Origin: Camelus ferus
Lineage: Eukaryota
DNA: 64,000 nucleotides
Direction of reading: 5' to 3'
Assembly (NCBI RefSeq): GCF_009834535.1
Contig: NC_045697.1
Span: 120,654,001 to 120,718,000 of the forward strand
A model generated the notes under the pieces. It saw nothing but the letters and a program-made list of their open reading frames with translations, was not told where the DNA came from and ran no database searches. How positions within the stretch are numbered: the first letter of the stretch is position 1; each line of letters begins with the position of its first letter. Of this stretch, positions 12,437 through 27,200 are shown in pieces. A program made the translations under genes and the position numbers.

Positions 12437-15230
12437 AAAACTGGCATTAGGAAAATTTCGAATTTTGAGAAAATGCTTCTAAGTGCCAATATGACTTGTA
12501 TGGTGATGAAAGTTCAGAAATACACATGCTAAGAAACCAGTGTGAATAATTTTCAAAACCGTGATGGATGCAGTTTTTCAGACACAGAATTTGGTGATGA
12601 GCGAATCTATGTAAATTACATATCTATTGGGTGGAACAAGTTTCAAGATTATATTCCTTGAAAACAGCCTGATTTCAGAAACTGACGTTAGGAAATATCT
12701 GCATATAATTTGTACATGTTTCGAGCTGTATATATACATTTATGGTAGATGAAAGTCAGTAATCCACATGCTAAAAACTCTGCAGTGAATAATTGTCGAA
12801 CAGGCGGTGCAAGTAACAAGTTTGAAACACGGAATTTCACGGCGAGGGACTCTATGTAAATTAAATGTCCAATGTGTAGAACATGCTACAAGGCATTTAT
12901 CCTGCTATAGTTGCCAGATTTTCTAAACTGCCATTAGGAAAAAAGCTGCGAACTCAGAAATGTTTTATTGTTTATATATGCCTTATATGGTGGATGAAAA
13001 TCCTGTAATCTGCATGCAAACAAGTGAGTAATGAATGTTTGTCAAATCCGTGATGAATTTAGCATGTTCGGACCATGGAAAGTCACTTGTGGGAAACTAT
13101 TGAAATTACAATTCTACTGGGTCGAACTCGCTTGCAGAGATTACTTCTGCAAAACATCATGATTTTCAAAACTGACAGTAGGAAAAATAGTGAAATCAGG
13201 TAAATATTTCTAGGTATATATGTGTCTCATATGGTGGATGAAAGTTCTAATCCGCATGCACACAAACTGAGTAATTAACGTTTGTCAAATCCGTGATGCA
13301 TGTAGCATGTTCAGGAGGAAACGGAAAGTCGCTTGAGCGAAACTGCTTAAATTACAATTCTTCTGGATAGAACTCGCTTTGAAGAGGTTTTTTCCTGAGA
13401 AAACTTCATGATTTTAAAACTGAAGTTAGGAAAAGCTGTGAAAGCAGAGTAAATATTTCTAGGTGTAATATGCCTTGTATGGTGGATTAAATTAGGAAAT
13501 CCACATGCTCTCTAATCAGAAATGAATATTTATAAATCCATTATGCATTAGAGCGTGTCTGAACAAGGGATGTAATGGTAAGTGAAAACATTGTAAATTC
13601 ATGTCTGTCTGATAGAACACGCTCGAAGAGTATATTTCTGTGAAAAACTGCCTGGTTTTTGCAACTGGCCATCGGACAAATCTGCAAACACATAGAAAAA
13701 TCTAGGTGTAAATATGCCGTGTTTGTTGGATTGAAAGTTCGGTAATCAACACGTTCCCAACTCATAATCAATGTTTGTCGAATCCGTGATCCATGTAATG
13801 TGTTCGGAACACAGGACTATCACGGTGACAGAAACCTTGACAAATTACACAGGTTACGCGTAAGAGAACTCGCTCCAAAGCATTTATCTGTGAAATCTGC
13901 CTCATTTTCCAAAACTGGCATTAGAAAAACACTCAAAATCTGAGGAAAATGATCTAAGTGTCAATATGAATTGTATGGTGGATGAAAGTTCAGTAATCAA
14001 CATGCTAAAAAAATTCTGTAGTGAATATTTGTCGAAACATTTAAGCTGCAGCTTTCTCGGAACACAGAATTTGACGGTGAGCGAACCTATGTAAATTAAA
14101 TGTCTTTGTGTCGTATCTTTCCAAGAGCATTTTCGCGTGTGAATACTGCCTCATTTCTGAAAACTGGAGTTGGGGATAGGGAGGAAAACTTTCAAAAATG
14201 AGGAAAATGATTGGTAAGCGCCATTATGCCTTGTATGTTGGATAAAAAACTACGATAATCCACATGCTAAAAACTCTGTAGTTAATATTTGTGGAATCCG
14301 AGATGCATGTAGCATGTTCAGAACACGGGAATTCACGGTTGTGAGCGAAACTTTGAAAATTACAAGTCTTGGGTAGAGAGAAATCGCTCCAAGAACTTTT
14401 TGCTGCGTAATCTGCCACATTTTAAAAACTGGCGTTTGGAAACCTCTTTGAAATCAGAGAAAATGCTTCTATAGTATCAATATGCCTTTTATTATGCTGG
14501 AAAGTTCGATAATCCACATGTAAACACATTTGTAGTGAATAATGTCGAATCCGTTATGCATGTAGCGTGTTCGAAAGACGTAATTTCACAGCAATGGAAC
14601 CTATGTAAATTACATGCCTAGTGGGTAGAAATCGGTCCATCAGTTTTTCCTTAGAAAAATGCCTAATTTTCAAAACTGCTATTAGGAAATTGCTGCGAAC
14701 TCAGAGTTAATGTTTCTAGGTGCAAATATGTCTTGTGTGGTAGATGAAAGTTTGTAATGCACATGCTTACACTCAATAAAGAATGTTGTAGAATCTGTGA
14801 TGCATGTAATGTATTCAGAACACGGAATGTCATGGTAACTGAAACTATGTAAATTAGAAGTTTATTGGATAGAACTCACTCCAAGAGGATTTTTTTGTAA
14901 AAACTCTCTTATGTTCGAAACTGGCATTAAGGAATAACTGCAAATACTGAGTACATGCTTCTAGCTGTATATATGCATTATATGGTAGATGAAAGTACAT
15001 TAATCAACATGCTAACAACTCAGCACTTAATATTTGTCGAAATGCGGTGCATGTAGCATGTACGGAGTACGGTATGTCACGGCGAGGAGATCTATGTAAA
15101 TTACATGTCTACTGTGTAGAACATTCTACAAGAGAATTATCCTGCAAAGATGCCTGATATTCTAAACTGCAGTTAGGAAAAAGCTGCAAAATCAGAATAA
15201 TATTTTCAAGGTGTATATATGCATTATATG
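12437..15230 (+). repeat. Partial HOR unit (end of M5 to M16), noisy up to ~14520
   Basis: Starts with the M5 tail and M6 head (GGTGATGAAAGTTCAGAAATACAC, ~12502). Contains spurious-looking insertions such as TGGGGATAGGGAGG at ~14171. Confidence 0.9.
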
Positions 15231-18200
15231 GTGGATGAAAATTCTGTAATTCACAGGCACACAACTGACTAATGAATGTTAGTCAAATCCGTGATGAATG
15301 CATTGTGAACGGACCACGGAAAGTCACTTTGTGTTAAACAATTGAAATTGCAATTCTAATTTGTAGAACTCACATGCAGAGATTTTTTCTGGGAAAACTT
15401 TATGATTTTCGAGACTGACGTTAGGAAAAACCTGTGAAATCAGGGTAAATATTTCTAGGTGTATTTATGCCTTGTATGGTGGATGAAAGTTCTGTAAAAC
15501 ACATGCACACAACTGAGTAATGAATGTTTGTCAAATCCGTGATGCATGTAGCGTGTTCAGAAAATGGAAAGTCACTTTGAGGGAAACTATTTAAATTACA
15601 ATTCTACTGGGTAGAACTCGCATGAAGAGTTTTTTTCTGTGAAAACTTCATGATTTTTGAAACTGAATTTAGGAAAAAGCTGGGAAAGCAGAGTAAATAT
15701 TTCTAGGTGTAAATATACCTTGTATGGTGGTGGAAAGTTCAGAAATCTACATAATCACACCTCAGTAATGAATGATTTCTAAATCCAATATGCATGTAGC
15801 GTGTTATGAACACGGAATGTCATGGTAAGTGAAACATTGTAAATTTCATGTCTATTGGATAGAACATGATCGAAGAGAATTTTTCTGTGAAAAATGCCTG
15901 TATTTCGCAAGTGGCATTAGGACAAATCTGCGAACACAGAGAAAAATGTCTAGGTGTATATATGCGGTGTTTGGTGGATGAAAGTTTGGTACTCCACATG
16001 TTCACAGCTCATTAAAAAATGTTTGTCCAATCCGTGATCCATGTAGCATGTTCGGAACACTGAATATCACGGTGATAGAAACTTTGTAAATTACATGTGT
16101 ATTGGGTAGAACTCGTTTCAAAAGCATTTTTCTGTGAAATCTGCCTCATTTTCAAATCTGACATTAGGTAAACACTTCAAAATCTGAGAAAATGCTTCTA
16201 AGTGTCAATATGACTTGTATGGTGGATGAAAGTTTGGTAATACACACGTTCACCACTCAATAAAGAAAGATTGTCGAATCAGTGATGCATGTAGCGTGTT
16301 CGGAACATGCAATGTCACGGTGAGTGAAAGCATTTAAATTACTTGTCCAATTGGTAGAACTTGCTCCAAAAGCATTTTTCTGTGAAATCTGCCTCATTTT
16401 CAAAACTGGCATTAGGAAAATTTCGAATTTTGAGAAAATGCTTCTAAGTGCCAATATGACTTGTATGGTGATGAAAGTTCAGAAATACACATGCTAAGAA
16501 ACCAGTTGTGAATAATTTTCAAAACCGTGATGGATGCAGTTTTTTCAGAACACAGAATTTGGTGATGAGCGAATCTATGTAAATTACATATCTATTGGGT
16601 GGAACAAGTTTCAAGATTATATTCCTTTGAAAACAGCCTGATTTCAGAAACTGACGTTAGGAAATATCTGCATATAATTTGTACATGTTTCGAGCTGTAT
16701 ATATACATTTATGGTAGATGAAAGTTCAGTAATCCACATGCTAAAAAACTCTGCAGTGAATAATTGTCGAACAGGCGGTGCAAGTAACAAGTTTGAAACA
16801 CGGAATTTCACGGCGAGGGACTCTATGTAAATTAAATGTCCAATGTGTAGAACATGCTACAAGGCATTTATCCTGCTATAGTTGCCAGATTTTCTAAACT
16901 GCCATTAGGAAAAAGCTGCGAACTCAGAATAATGTTTTCTATGTTTATATATGCCTTATATGGTGGATGAAAATCCTGTAATCTGCATGCAAACAAGTGA
17001 GTAATGAATGTTTGTCAAATCCGTGATGAATTTAGCATGTTCGGACCATGGAAAGTCACTTGTGGGAAACTATTGAAATTACAATTCTACTGGGTCGAAC
17101 TCGCTTGCAGAGATTACTTCTGCAAAAACATCATGATTTTCAAAACTGACAGTAGGAAAAATAGTGAAATCAGGGTAAATATTTCTAGGTATATATGTGT
17201 CTCATATGGTGGATGAAAGTTCTGTAATCCGCATGCACACAACTGAGTAATTAACGTTTGTCAAATCCGTGATGCATGTAGCATGTTCAGGAAACGGAAA
17301 GTCGCTTTGAGCGAAACTGCTTAAATTACAATTCTTCTGGATAGAAACTCACTTGAAGAGGTTTTTTCCTGAGAAAACTTCATGATTTTAAAACCTGAAG
17401 TTAGGAAAAAGCTGTGAAAGCAGAGTAAATATTTCTAGGTGTAAATATGCCTTGTATGGTGGATTAAATTTAGGAAATCCACATGCTCTCTAATCAGAAA
17501 TGAATATTTTATAAATCCATTATGCATAGAGCGTGTTCTGAACAAGGGATGTAATGGTCAGTGAAACATTGTAAATTTCATGTCTGTCTGATAGAACACG
17601 CTCGAAGAGTATATTTCTGTGAAAACTGCCTGTTTTTTGCAACTGGCATTCGGACAAATCTGCAAACACATAGAAAAATTTCTAGGTGTAAATATGCCGT
17701 GTTTGTTGGATGAAAGTTCGGTAATCAACACGTTCCCAACTCATTAATCAATGTTTGTCGAATCCGTGATCCATGTAATGTGTTCGGAACACAGACTATC
17801 ACGGTGACAGAAACCTTGCAAATTACACATGTATTAGGTAGAACTCGCTCCAAAAGCATTTATCTGTGAAATCTGCCTCATTTTCAAAACTGGCATTAGA
17901 AAAAACACTTCAAAATCTGAGAAAATGATTCTAAGTGTCAATATGAATTGTATGGTGGATGAAAGTTCAGTAATCAACATGCTAAAAAATTCTGTAGTGA
18001 ATATTTGTCGAAACATTTAAGCATGCAGCTTTCTCGGAACACAGAATTTGACGGTGAGCGAACCTATGTAAATTAAATGTCTATTGTGTCGTACTCTTTC
18101 CAAGAGCATTTTTCGGTGAATACTGCCTCATTTTCTAAACTGGCGTTAGGAAAACTTTCAAAAAATGAGAAAATGCTTGTAAGCGCCATTATGCCTTGTA

Positions 18201-21200
18201 TGTTGGATAAAACTACGATAATCCACATGCTAAAAACTCTGTAGTTAATATTTGTGGAATCCGAGATGCATGTAGCATGTTCAGAACACGGAATTTCACG
18301 GTGAGCGAAACTTTGTAAATTACAAGTCTCTTGGGTAGAAATCGCTCCAAGAACTTTTTGCTGCGTAATCTGCCACATTTTAAAAACTGGCGTTTGGAAA
18401 CCTCTTTGAAATCAGAGAAAATGCTTCTAAGTATCAATATGCCTTTTATTATGCTGAAAGTTCGATAATCCACATGTAAACACATTTGTAGTGAATATAT
18501 GTCGAATCCGTTATGCATGTAGCGTGTTCGAAAGACGTAATTTCACAGCAATGGAACCTATGTAAATTACATGCCTAGTGGGTAGAAATCGGTCCATCAG
18601 TTTTTCCTTAGAAAAATGCCTAATTTTCAAAACTGCTATTAGGAAATTGCTGCGAACTCAGAGTTAATGTTTCTAGGTGCAAATATGTCTTGTGTGGTAG
18701 ATGAAAGTTTGTAATGCACATGCTTACACTCAATAAAGAATGTTGTAGAATCTGTGATGCATGTAATGTATTCAGAACACGGAATGTCATGGTAACTGAA
18801 ACTATGTAAATTAGAAGTCTATTGGATAGAACTCACTCCAAGAGGATTTTTTTGTAAAAACTCTCTTATGTTCGAAACTGGCATTAAGGAATAACTGCAA
18901 ATACTGAGTACATGCTTCTAGCTGTATATATACATTATATGGTAGATGAAAGTACATTAATCAACATGCTAACAACTCAGCACTTAATATTTGTCGAAAT
19001 GCGGTGCATGTAGCATGTACGGAGTACGGTATGTCACGGCGAGGAGATCTATGTAAATTACATGTCTACTGTGTAGAACATTCTACAAGAGAATTATCCT
19101 GCAAAGATGCCTGATATTCTAAACTGCAGTTAGGAAAAAGCTGCAAAATCAGAATAATATTTTCAAGGTGTATATATGCATTATATGGTGGATGAAAATT
19201 CTGTAATTCACAGGCACACAACTGACTAATGAATGTTTGTCAAATCCGTGATGAATGCATTGTGAACGGACCACGGAAAGTCACTTTGTGTTAAACAATT
19301 GAAATTGCAATTCTAATTTGTAGAACTCACATGCAGAGATTTTTTCTGGGAAAACTTTATGATTTTCGAGACTGACGTTAGGAAAAACCTGTGAAATCAG
19401 GGTAAATATTTCTAGGTGTATTTATGCCTTGTATGGTGGATGAAAGTTCTGTAATCCACATGCACACAACTGAGTAATGAATGTTTGTCAAATCCGTGAT
19501 GCATGTAGCGTGTTCAGAAAATGGAAAGTCACTTTGAGGGAAACTATTTAAATTACAATTCTACTGGGTAGAACTCGCATGAAGAGTTTTTTCTGTGAAA
19601 ACTTCATGATTTTTGAAACTGAATTTAGGAAAAAGCTGGGAAAGCAGAGTAAATATTTCTAGGTGTAAATATACCTTGTATGGTGGTGGAAAGTTCAGAA
19701 ATCTACATAATCACAACTCAGTAATGAATGATTTCTAAATCCAATATGCATGTAGCGTGTTATGAACACGGAATGTCATGGTAAGTGAAACATTGTAAAT
19801 TTCATGTCTATTGGATAGAACACGATCGAAGAGAATTTTTCTGTGAAAAATGCCTGTATTTCGCAAGTGGCATTAGGACAAATCTGCGAACACAGAGAAA
19901 AATGTCTAGGTGTATATATGCGGTGTTTGGTGGATGAAAGTTTGGTACTCCACATGTTCACAGCTCATTAAAAAATGTTTGTCCAATCCGTGATCCATGT
20001 AGCATGTTCGGAACACATGAATATCACGGTGATAGAAACTTTGTAAATTACATGTGTATTGGGTAGAACTCGTTTCAAAAGCATTTTTCTGTGAAATCTG
20101 CCTCATTTTCAAATCTGACATTAGGTAAACACTTCAAAATCTGAGAAAATGCTTCTAAGTGTCAATATGACTTGTATGGTGGATGAAAGTTTGGTAATAC
20201 ACACGTTCACCACTCAATAAAGAAAGATTGTCGAATCAGTGATGCATGTAGCGTGTTCGGAACATGCAATGTCACGGTGAGTGAAAGCATTTAAATTACT
20301 TGTCCAATTGGTAGAACTTGCTCCAAAAGCATTTTTCTGTGAAATCTGCCTCATTTTCAAAACTGGCATTAGGAAAATTTCGAATTTTGAGAAAATGCTT
20401 CTAAGTGCCAATATGACTTGTATGGTGATGAAAGTTCAGAAATACACATGCTAAGAAACCTGTTGTGAATAATTTTCAAAACCGTGATGGATGCAGTTTT
20501 TTCAGAACACAGAATTTGGTGATGAGCGAATCTATGTAAATTACATATCTATTGGGTGGAACAAGTTTCAAGATTATATTCCTTTGAAAACAGCCTGATT
20601 TCAGAAACTGACGTTAGGAAATATCTGCATATAATTTGTACATGTTTCGAGCTGTATATATACATTTATGGTAGATGAAAGTTCAGTAATCCACATGCTA
20701 AAAACTCTGCAGTGAATAATTGTCGAACAGGCGGTGCAAGTAACAAGTTTGAAACACGGAATTTCACGGCGAGGGACTCTATGTAAATTAAATGTCCAAT
20801 GTGTAGAACATGCTACAAGGCATTTATCCTGCTATAGTTGCCAGATTTTCTAAACTGCCATTAGGAAAAAGCTGCGAACTCAGAATAATGTTTTCTATGT
20901 TTATATATGCCTTATATGGTGGATGAAAATCCTGTAATCTGACATGCACACAAGTGAGTAATGAATGTTTGTCAAATCCGTGATGAATTTAGCATGTTCG
21001 GACCATGGAAAGTCACTTGTGGGAAACTATTGAAATTACAATTCTACTGGGTCGAACTCGCTTGCAGAGATTACTTCTGCAAAAACATCATGATTTTCAA
21101 AACTGACAGTAGGAAAAATAGTGAAATCAGGGTAAATATTTCTAGGTATATATGTGTCTCATATGGTGGATGAAAGTTCTGTAATCCGCATGCACACAAC

Positions 21201-24200
21201 TGAGTAATTAACGTTTGTCAAATCCGTGATGCATGTAGCATGTTCAGGAAACGGAAAGTCGCTTTGAGCGAAACTGCTTAAATTACAATTCTTCTGGATA
21301 GAACTCGCTTGAAGAGGTTTTTTCCTGAGAAAACTTCATGATTTTAAAACCTGAAGTTAGGAAAAAGCTGTGAAAGCAGAGTAAATATTTCTAGGTGTAA
21401 ATATGCCTTGTATGGTGGATTAAATTTCGGAAATCCACATGCTCTCTAATCAGAAATGAATATTTTATAAATCCATTATGCATAGAGCGTGTTCTGAACA
21501 AGGGATGTAATGGTAAGTGAAACATTGTAAATTTCATGTCTGTCTGATAGAACACGCTCGAAGAGTATATTTCTGTGAAAACTGCCTGTTTTTTGCAACT
21601 GGCATTCGGACAAATCTGCAAACACATAGAAAAATTTCTAGGTGTAAATATGCCGTGTTTGTTGGATGAAAGTTCGGTAATCAACACGTTCCCAACTCAT
21701 TAATCAATGTTTGTCGAATCCGTGATCCATGTAATGTGTTCGGAACACAGACTATCACGGTGACAGAAACCTTGCAAATTACACATGTATTAGGTAGAAC
21801 TCGCTCCAAAAGCATTTATCTGTGAAATCTGCCTCATTTTCAAAACTGGCATTAGAAAAACACTTCAAAATCTGAGAAAATGATTCTAAGTGTCAATATG
21901 AATTGTATGGTGGATGAAAGTTCAGTAATCCACATGCTAAAAAATTCTGTAGTGAATATTTGTCGAAACATTTAAGCATGCAGCTTTCTCGGAACACAGA
22001 ATTTGACGGTGAGCGAACCTATGTAAATTAAATGTCTATTGTGTCGTACTCTTTCCAAGAGCATTTTTCGGTGAATACTGCCTCATTTTCTAAACTGGCG
22101 TTAGGAAAACTTTCAAAAAATGAGAAAATGCTTGTAAGCGCCATTATGCCTTGTATGGTGGATAAACCTACCGTAATCCACATGATAACAACTCTGTAGT
22201 TAATATTTGTGGAATCCGAGATGCATGTAGCATGTTCAGAACACGGAATTTCACGGTGAGCGAAACTTTGTAAATTACAAGTCTCTTGGGTAGAAATCGC
22301 TCCAAGAACTTTTTGCTGCGTAATCTGCCACATTTTAAAAACTGGCGTTTGGAAACCTCTTTGAAATCAGAGAAAATGCTTCTAAGTATCAATATGCCTT
22401 TTATTATGCTGAAAGTTCGATAATCCACATGTAAACACATTTGTAGTGAATATATGTCGAATCCGTTATGCATGTAGCGTGTTCGAAAGACGTAATTTCA
22501 CAGCAATGGAACCTATGTAAATTACATGCCTAGTGGGTAGAAATCGGTCCATCAGTTTTTCCTTAGAAAAATGCCTAATTTTCAAAACTGCTATTAGGAA
22601 ATTGCTGCGAACTCAGAGTTAATGTTTCTAGGTGCAAATATGTCTTGTGTGGTAGATGAAAGTTTGTAATGCACATGCTTACACTCAATAAAGAATGTTG
22701 TAGAATCTGTGATGCATGTAATGTATTCAGAACACGGAATGTCATGGTAACTGAAACTATGTAAATTAGAAGTCTATTGGATAGAACTCACTCCAAGAGG
22801 ATTTTTTTGTAAAAACTCTCTTATGTTCGAAACTGGCATTAAGGAATAACTGCAAATACTGAGTACATGCTTCTAGCTGTATATATACATTATATGGTAG
22901 ATGAAAGTACATTAATCAACATGCTAACAACTCAGCACTTAATATTTGTCGAAATGCGGTGCATGTAGCATGTTACGGAGTACGGTATGTCACGGCGAGG
23001 AGATCTATGTAAATTACATGTCTACTGTGTAGAACACTTCTACAAGAGAATTATCCTGCAAAGATGCCTGATATTCTAAACTGCAGTTAGGAAAAAGCTG
23101 CAAAATCAGAATAATATTTTCAAGGTGTATATATGCATTATATGGTGGATGAAAATTCTGTAATTCACAGGCACACAACTGACTAATGAATGTTTGTCAA
23201 ATCCGTGATGAATGCATTGTGAACGGACCACGGAAAGTCACTTTGTGTTAAACAATTGAAATTGCAATTCTAATTTGTAGAACTCACATGCAGAGATTTT
23301 TTCTGGGAAAACTTTATGATTTTCGAGACTGACGTTAGGAAAAATCTGTGAAATCAGGGTAAATATTTCTAGGTGTATTTATGCCTTGTATGGTGGATGA
23401 AAGTTCTGTAATCCACATGCACACAACTGAGTAATGAATGTTTGTCAAATCCGTGATGCATGTAGCGTGTTCAGAAAATGGAAAGTCACTTTGAGGGAAA
23501 CTATTTAAATTACAATTCTACTGGGTAGAACTCGCATGAAGAGTTTTTTTCTGTGAAAACTTCATGATTTTTGAAACTGAATTTAGGAAAAAGCTGGGAA
23601 AGCAGAGTAAATATTTCTAGGTGTAAATATACCTTGTATGGTGGTGGAAAGTTCAGAAATCTACATAATCACACCTCAGTAATGAATGATTTCTAAATCC
23701 AATATGCATGTAGCGTGTTATGAACACGGAATGTCATGGTAAGTGAAACATTGTAAATTTCATGTCTATTGGATAGAACACGATCGAAGAGAATTTTTCT
23801 GTGAAAAATGCCTGTATTTCGCAAGTGGCATTAGGACAAATCTGCGAACACAGAGAAAAATGTCTAGGTGTATATATGCGGTGTTTGGTGGATGAAAGTT
23901 TGGTACTCCACATGTTCACAGCTCATTAAAAAATGTTTGTCCAATCCGTGATCCATGTAGCATGTTCGGAACACTGAATATCACGGTGATAGAAACTTTG
24001 TAAATTACATGTGTATTGGGTAGAACTCGTTTCAAAAGCATTTTTCTGTGAAATCTGCCTCATTTTCAAATCTGACATTAGGTAAACACTTCAAAATCTG
24101 AGAAAATGCTTCTAAGTGTCAATATGACTTGTATGGTGGATGAAAGTTTGGTAATACACACGTTCACCACTCAATAAAGAAAGATTGTCGAATCAGTGAT

Positions 24201-27200
24201 GCATGTAGCGTGTTCGGAACATGCAATGTCACGGTGAGTGAAAGCATTTAAATTACTTGTCCAATTGGTAGAACTTGCTCCAAAAGCATTTTTCTGTGAA
24301 ATCTGCCTCATTTTCAAAACTGGCATTAGGAAAATTTCGAATTTTGAGAAAATGCTTCTAAGTGCCAATATGACTTGTATGGTGATGAAAGTTCAGAAAT
24401 ACACATGCTAAGAAACCATGTTGTGAATAATTTTCAAAACCGTGATGGATGCAGTTTTTTCAGAACACAGAATTTGGTGATGAGCGAATCTATGTAAATT
24501 ACATATCTATTGGGTGGAACAAGTTTCAAGATTATATTCCTTTGAAAACAGCCTGATTTCAGAAACTGACTTTAGGAAAAATCTGCATATAATTTGTACA
24601 TGTTTCGAGCTGTATATATACATTTATGGTAGATGAAAGTTCAGTAATCCACATGCTAAAAACTCTGCAGTGAATAATTGTCGAACAGGCGGTGCAAGTA
24701 ACAAGTTTGAAACACGGAATTTCACGGCGAGGGACTCTATGTAAATTAAATGTCCAATGTGTAGAACATGCTACAAGGCATTTATCCTGCTATAGTTGCC
24801 AGATTTTCTAAACTGCCATTAGGAAAAACCTGCGAACTCAGAATAATGTTTTCTATGTTTATATATGCCTTATATGGTGGATGAAAATCCTGTAATCTAC
24901 ATGCACACAAGTGAGTAATGAATGTTTGTCAAATCCGTGATGAATTTAGCATGTTCGGACCATGGAAAGTCACTTGTGGGAAACTATTGAAATTACAATT
25001 CTACTGGGTCGAACTCGCTTGCAGAGATTACTTCTGAAAAACATCATGATTTTCAAAACTGACAGTAGGAAAAATAGTGAAATCAGGGTAAATATTTCTA
25101 GGTATATATGTGTCTCATATGGTGGATGAAAGTTCTGTAATCCGCATGCACACAACTGAGTAATTAACGTTTGTCAAATCCGTGATGCATGTAGCATGTT
25201 CAGATAATGGAAAGTCGCTTTGAGCGAAACTGCTTAAATTACAATTCTTCGGGATAGAACTCGCTTGAAGAGGTTTTTTCCTGAGAAAACTTCATGATTT
25301 TAAAACCTGAAGTTAGGAAAAAGCTGTGAAAGCAGAGTAAATATTTCTAGGTGTAAATATGCCTTGTATGGTGGATTAAATTTCGGAAATCCACATGCTC
25401 TCTAATCAGAAATGAATGTTTTATAAATCCATTATGCATAGAGCGTGTTCTGAACAAGGAATGTAATGGTAAGTGAAACATTGTAAATTTCATGTCTGTC
25501 TGATAGAACACGCTCGAAGAGTATATTTCTGTGAAAACTGCCTGTTTTTTGCAACTGGCATTCGGACAAATCTGCAAACACATAGAAAAATTTCTAGGTG
25601 TAAATATGCCGTGTTTGTTGGATGAAAGTTCGGTAATCAACACGTTCCCAACTCATTAATCAATGTTTGTCGAATCCGTGATCCATGTAATGTGTTCGGA
25701 ACACAGACTATCACGGTGACAGAAACCTTGCAAATTACACATGTATTAGGTAGAACTCGCTCCAAAAGCATTTATCTGGAAATCTGCCTCATTTTCAAAA
25801 CTGGCATTAGAAAAACACTTCAAAATCTGAGAAAATGATTCTAAGTGTCAATATGAATTGTATGGTGGATGAAAGTTCAGTAATCCACATGCTAAAAAAT
25901 TCTGTAGTGAATATTTGTCGAAACATTTAAGCATGCAGCTTTCTCGGAACACAGAATTTGACGGTGAGCGAACCTATGTAAATTAAATGTCTATTGTGTC
26001 GTACTCTTTCCAAGAGCATTTTTCGGTGAATACTGCCTCATTTTCTAAACTGGCGTTAGGAAAACTTTCAAAAAATGAGAAAATGCTTGTAAGCGCCATT
26101 ATGCCTTGTATGTTGGATAAAACTACGATAATCCACATGCTAAAAACTCTGTAGTTAATATTTGTGGAATCCGAGATGCATGTAGCATGTTCAGAACACG
26201 GAATTTCACGGTGAGTGAATCTTTGTAAATTACAAGTCTCATGGGCAGAAATCGCTCCAAGAAATTTTTGCTGCGTAATCTGCCGCAATTTCAAAACTGG
26301 CGTTTGAAAACCTCTTTGAAATCAGAGAAAATGCTTCTAAGTATCAATATGCCTTTTATTATGCTGAAAGTTCGATAATCCACATGCAAACACATTTGTA
26401 GTGAATATATGTCGAATCCGTTATGCATGAAGCGTGTTCGAAAGACGTAATTTTACAGCAATGGAACCTATGTAAATTACATGCCTAGTGGGTAGAAATC
26501 GGTCCAAAAGTTTTTCCTTAGAAAAATGCCTAATTTTCAAAACTGCTATTAGGAAATTGCTGCGAACTCAGAGTTAATGTTTCTAGGTGCAAATATGTCT
26601 TGTGTGGTAGATGAAAGTTTGTAATGCACATGCTTACACTCAATAAAGAATGCTGTAGAATCTGTGATGCATGTAATGTATTCAGAACACGGAATGTCAT
26701 GGTAACTGAAACTATGTAAATTAGAAGTCTATTGGATAGAACTCACTCCAAGAGAATTTTTCTGTAAAAACTCTCTTATGTTCGATACTGGCATTAAGGA
26801 ATATCTGCAAATACTGAGTACATGCTTCTAGCTGTATATATACATTGTATGGTAGATGAAAGTACATTAATCAACATGCTATCAACTCAGCACTTAATAT
26901 TTGTCGAAAAGCGGTGCACGTAGCATGTTCGGAGTACGGTATGTCACGGCGAGGAGATTTATGTAAATTATATATCTACTGTGTAGAACACTCTACAAGA
27001 GAATTATCCTGCAAAGATGCCTGATATTCTAAACTGCAGTTAGGAAAAAGCTGCAAAATCAGAATAATATTTTCAAGGTATATATATGCATTATATGGTG
27101 GATGAAAATTCTGTAATTCACAGGCACACAACTAACTAATGAATGTTTGTCAAATCCGTGATGAATGCAGTGTGAACGGACCACGGAAAGTCACTTTGTG

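Noticed and set aside
12280..12489. ORF spanning the N run
   Set aside because: Artefact of translating the 100-N gap.
13150..14520. Apparent novel insertions (for example GGTTACGCGTAAGAG at ~13852 and TGGGGATAGGGAGG at ~14171)
   Set aside because: They lie in an indel-rich contig end next to the gap and are absent from sister copies, so they are most likely uncorrected long-read errors.
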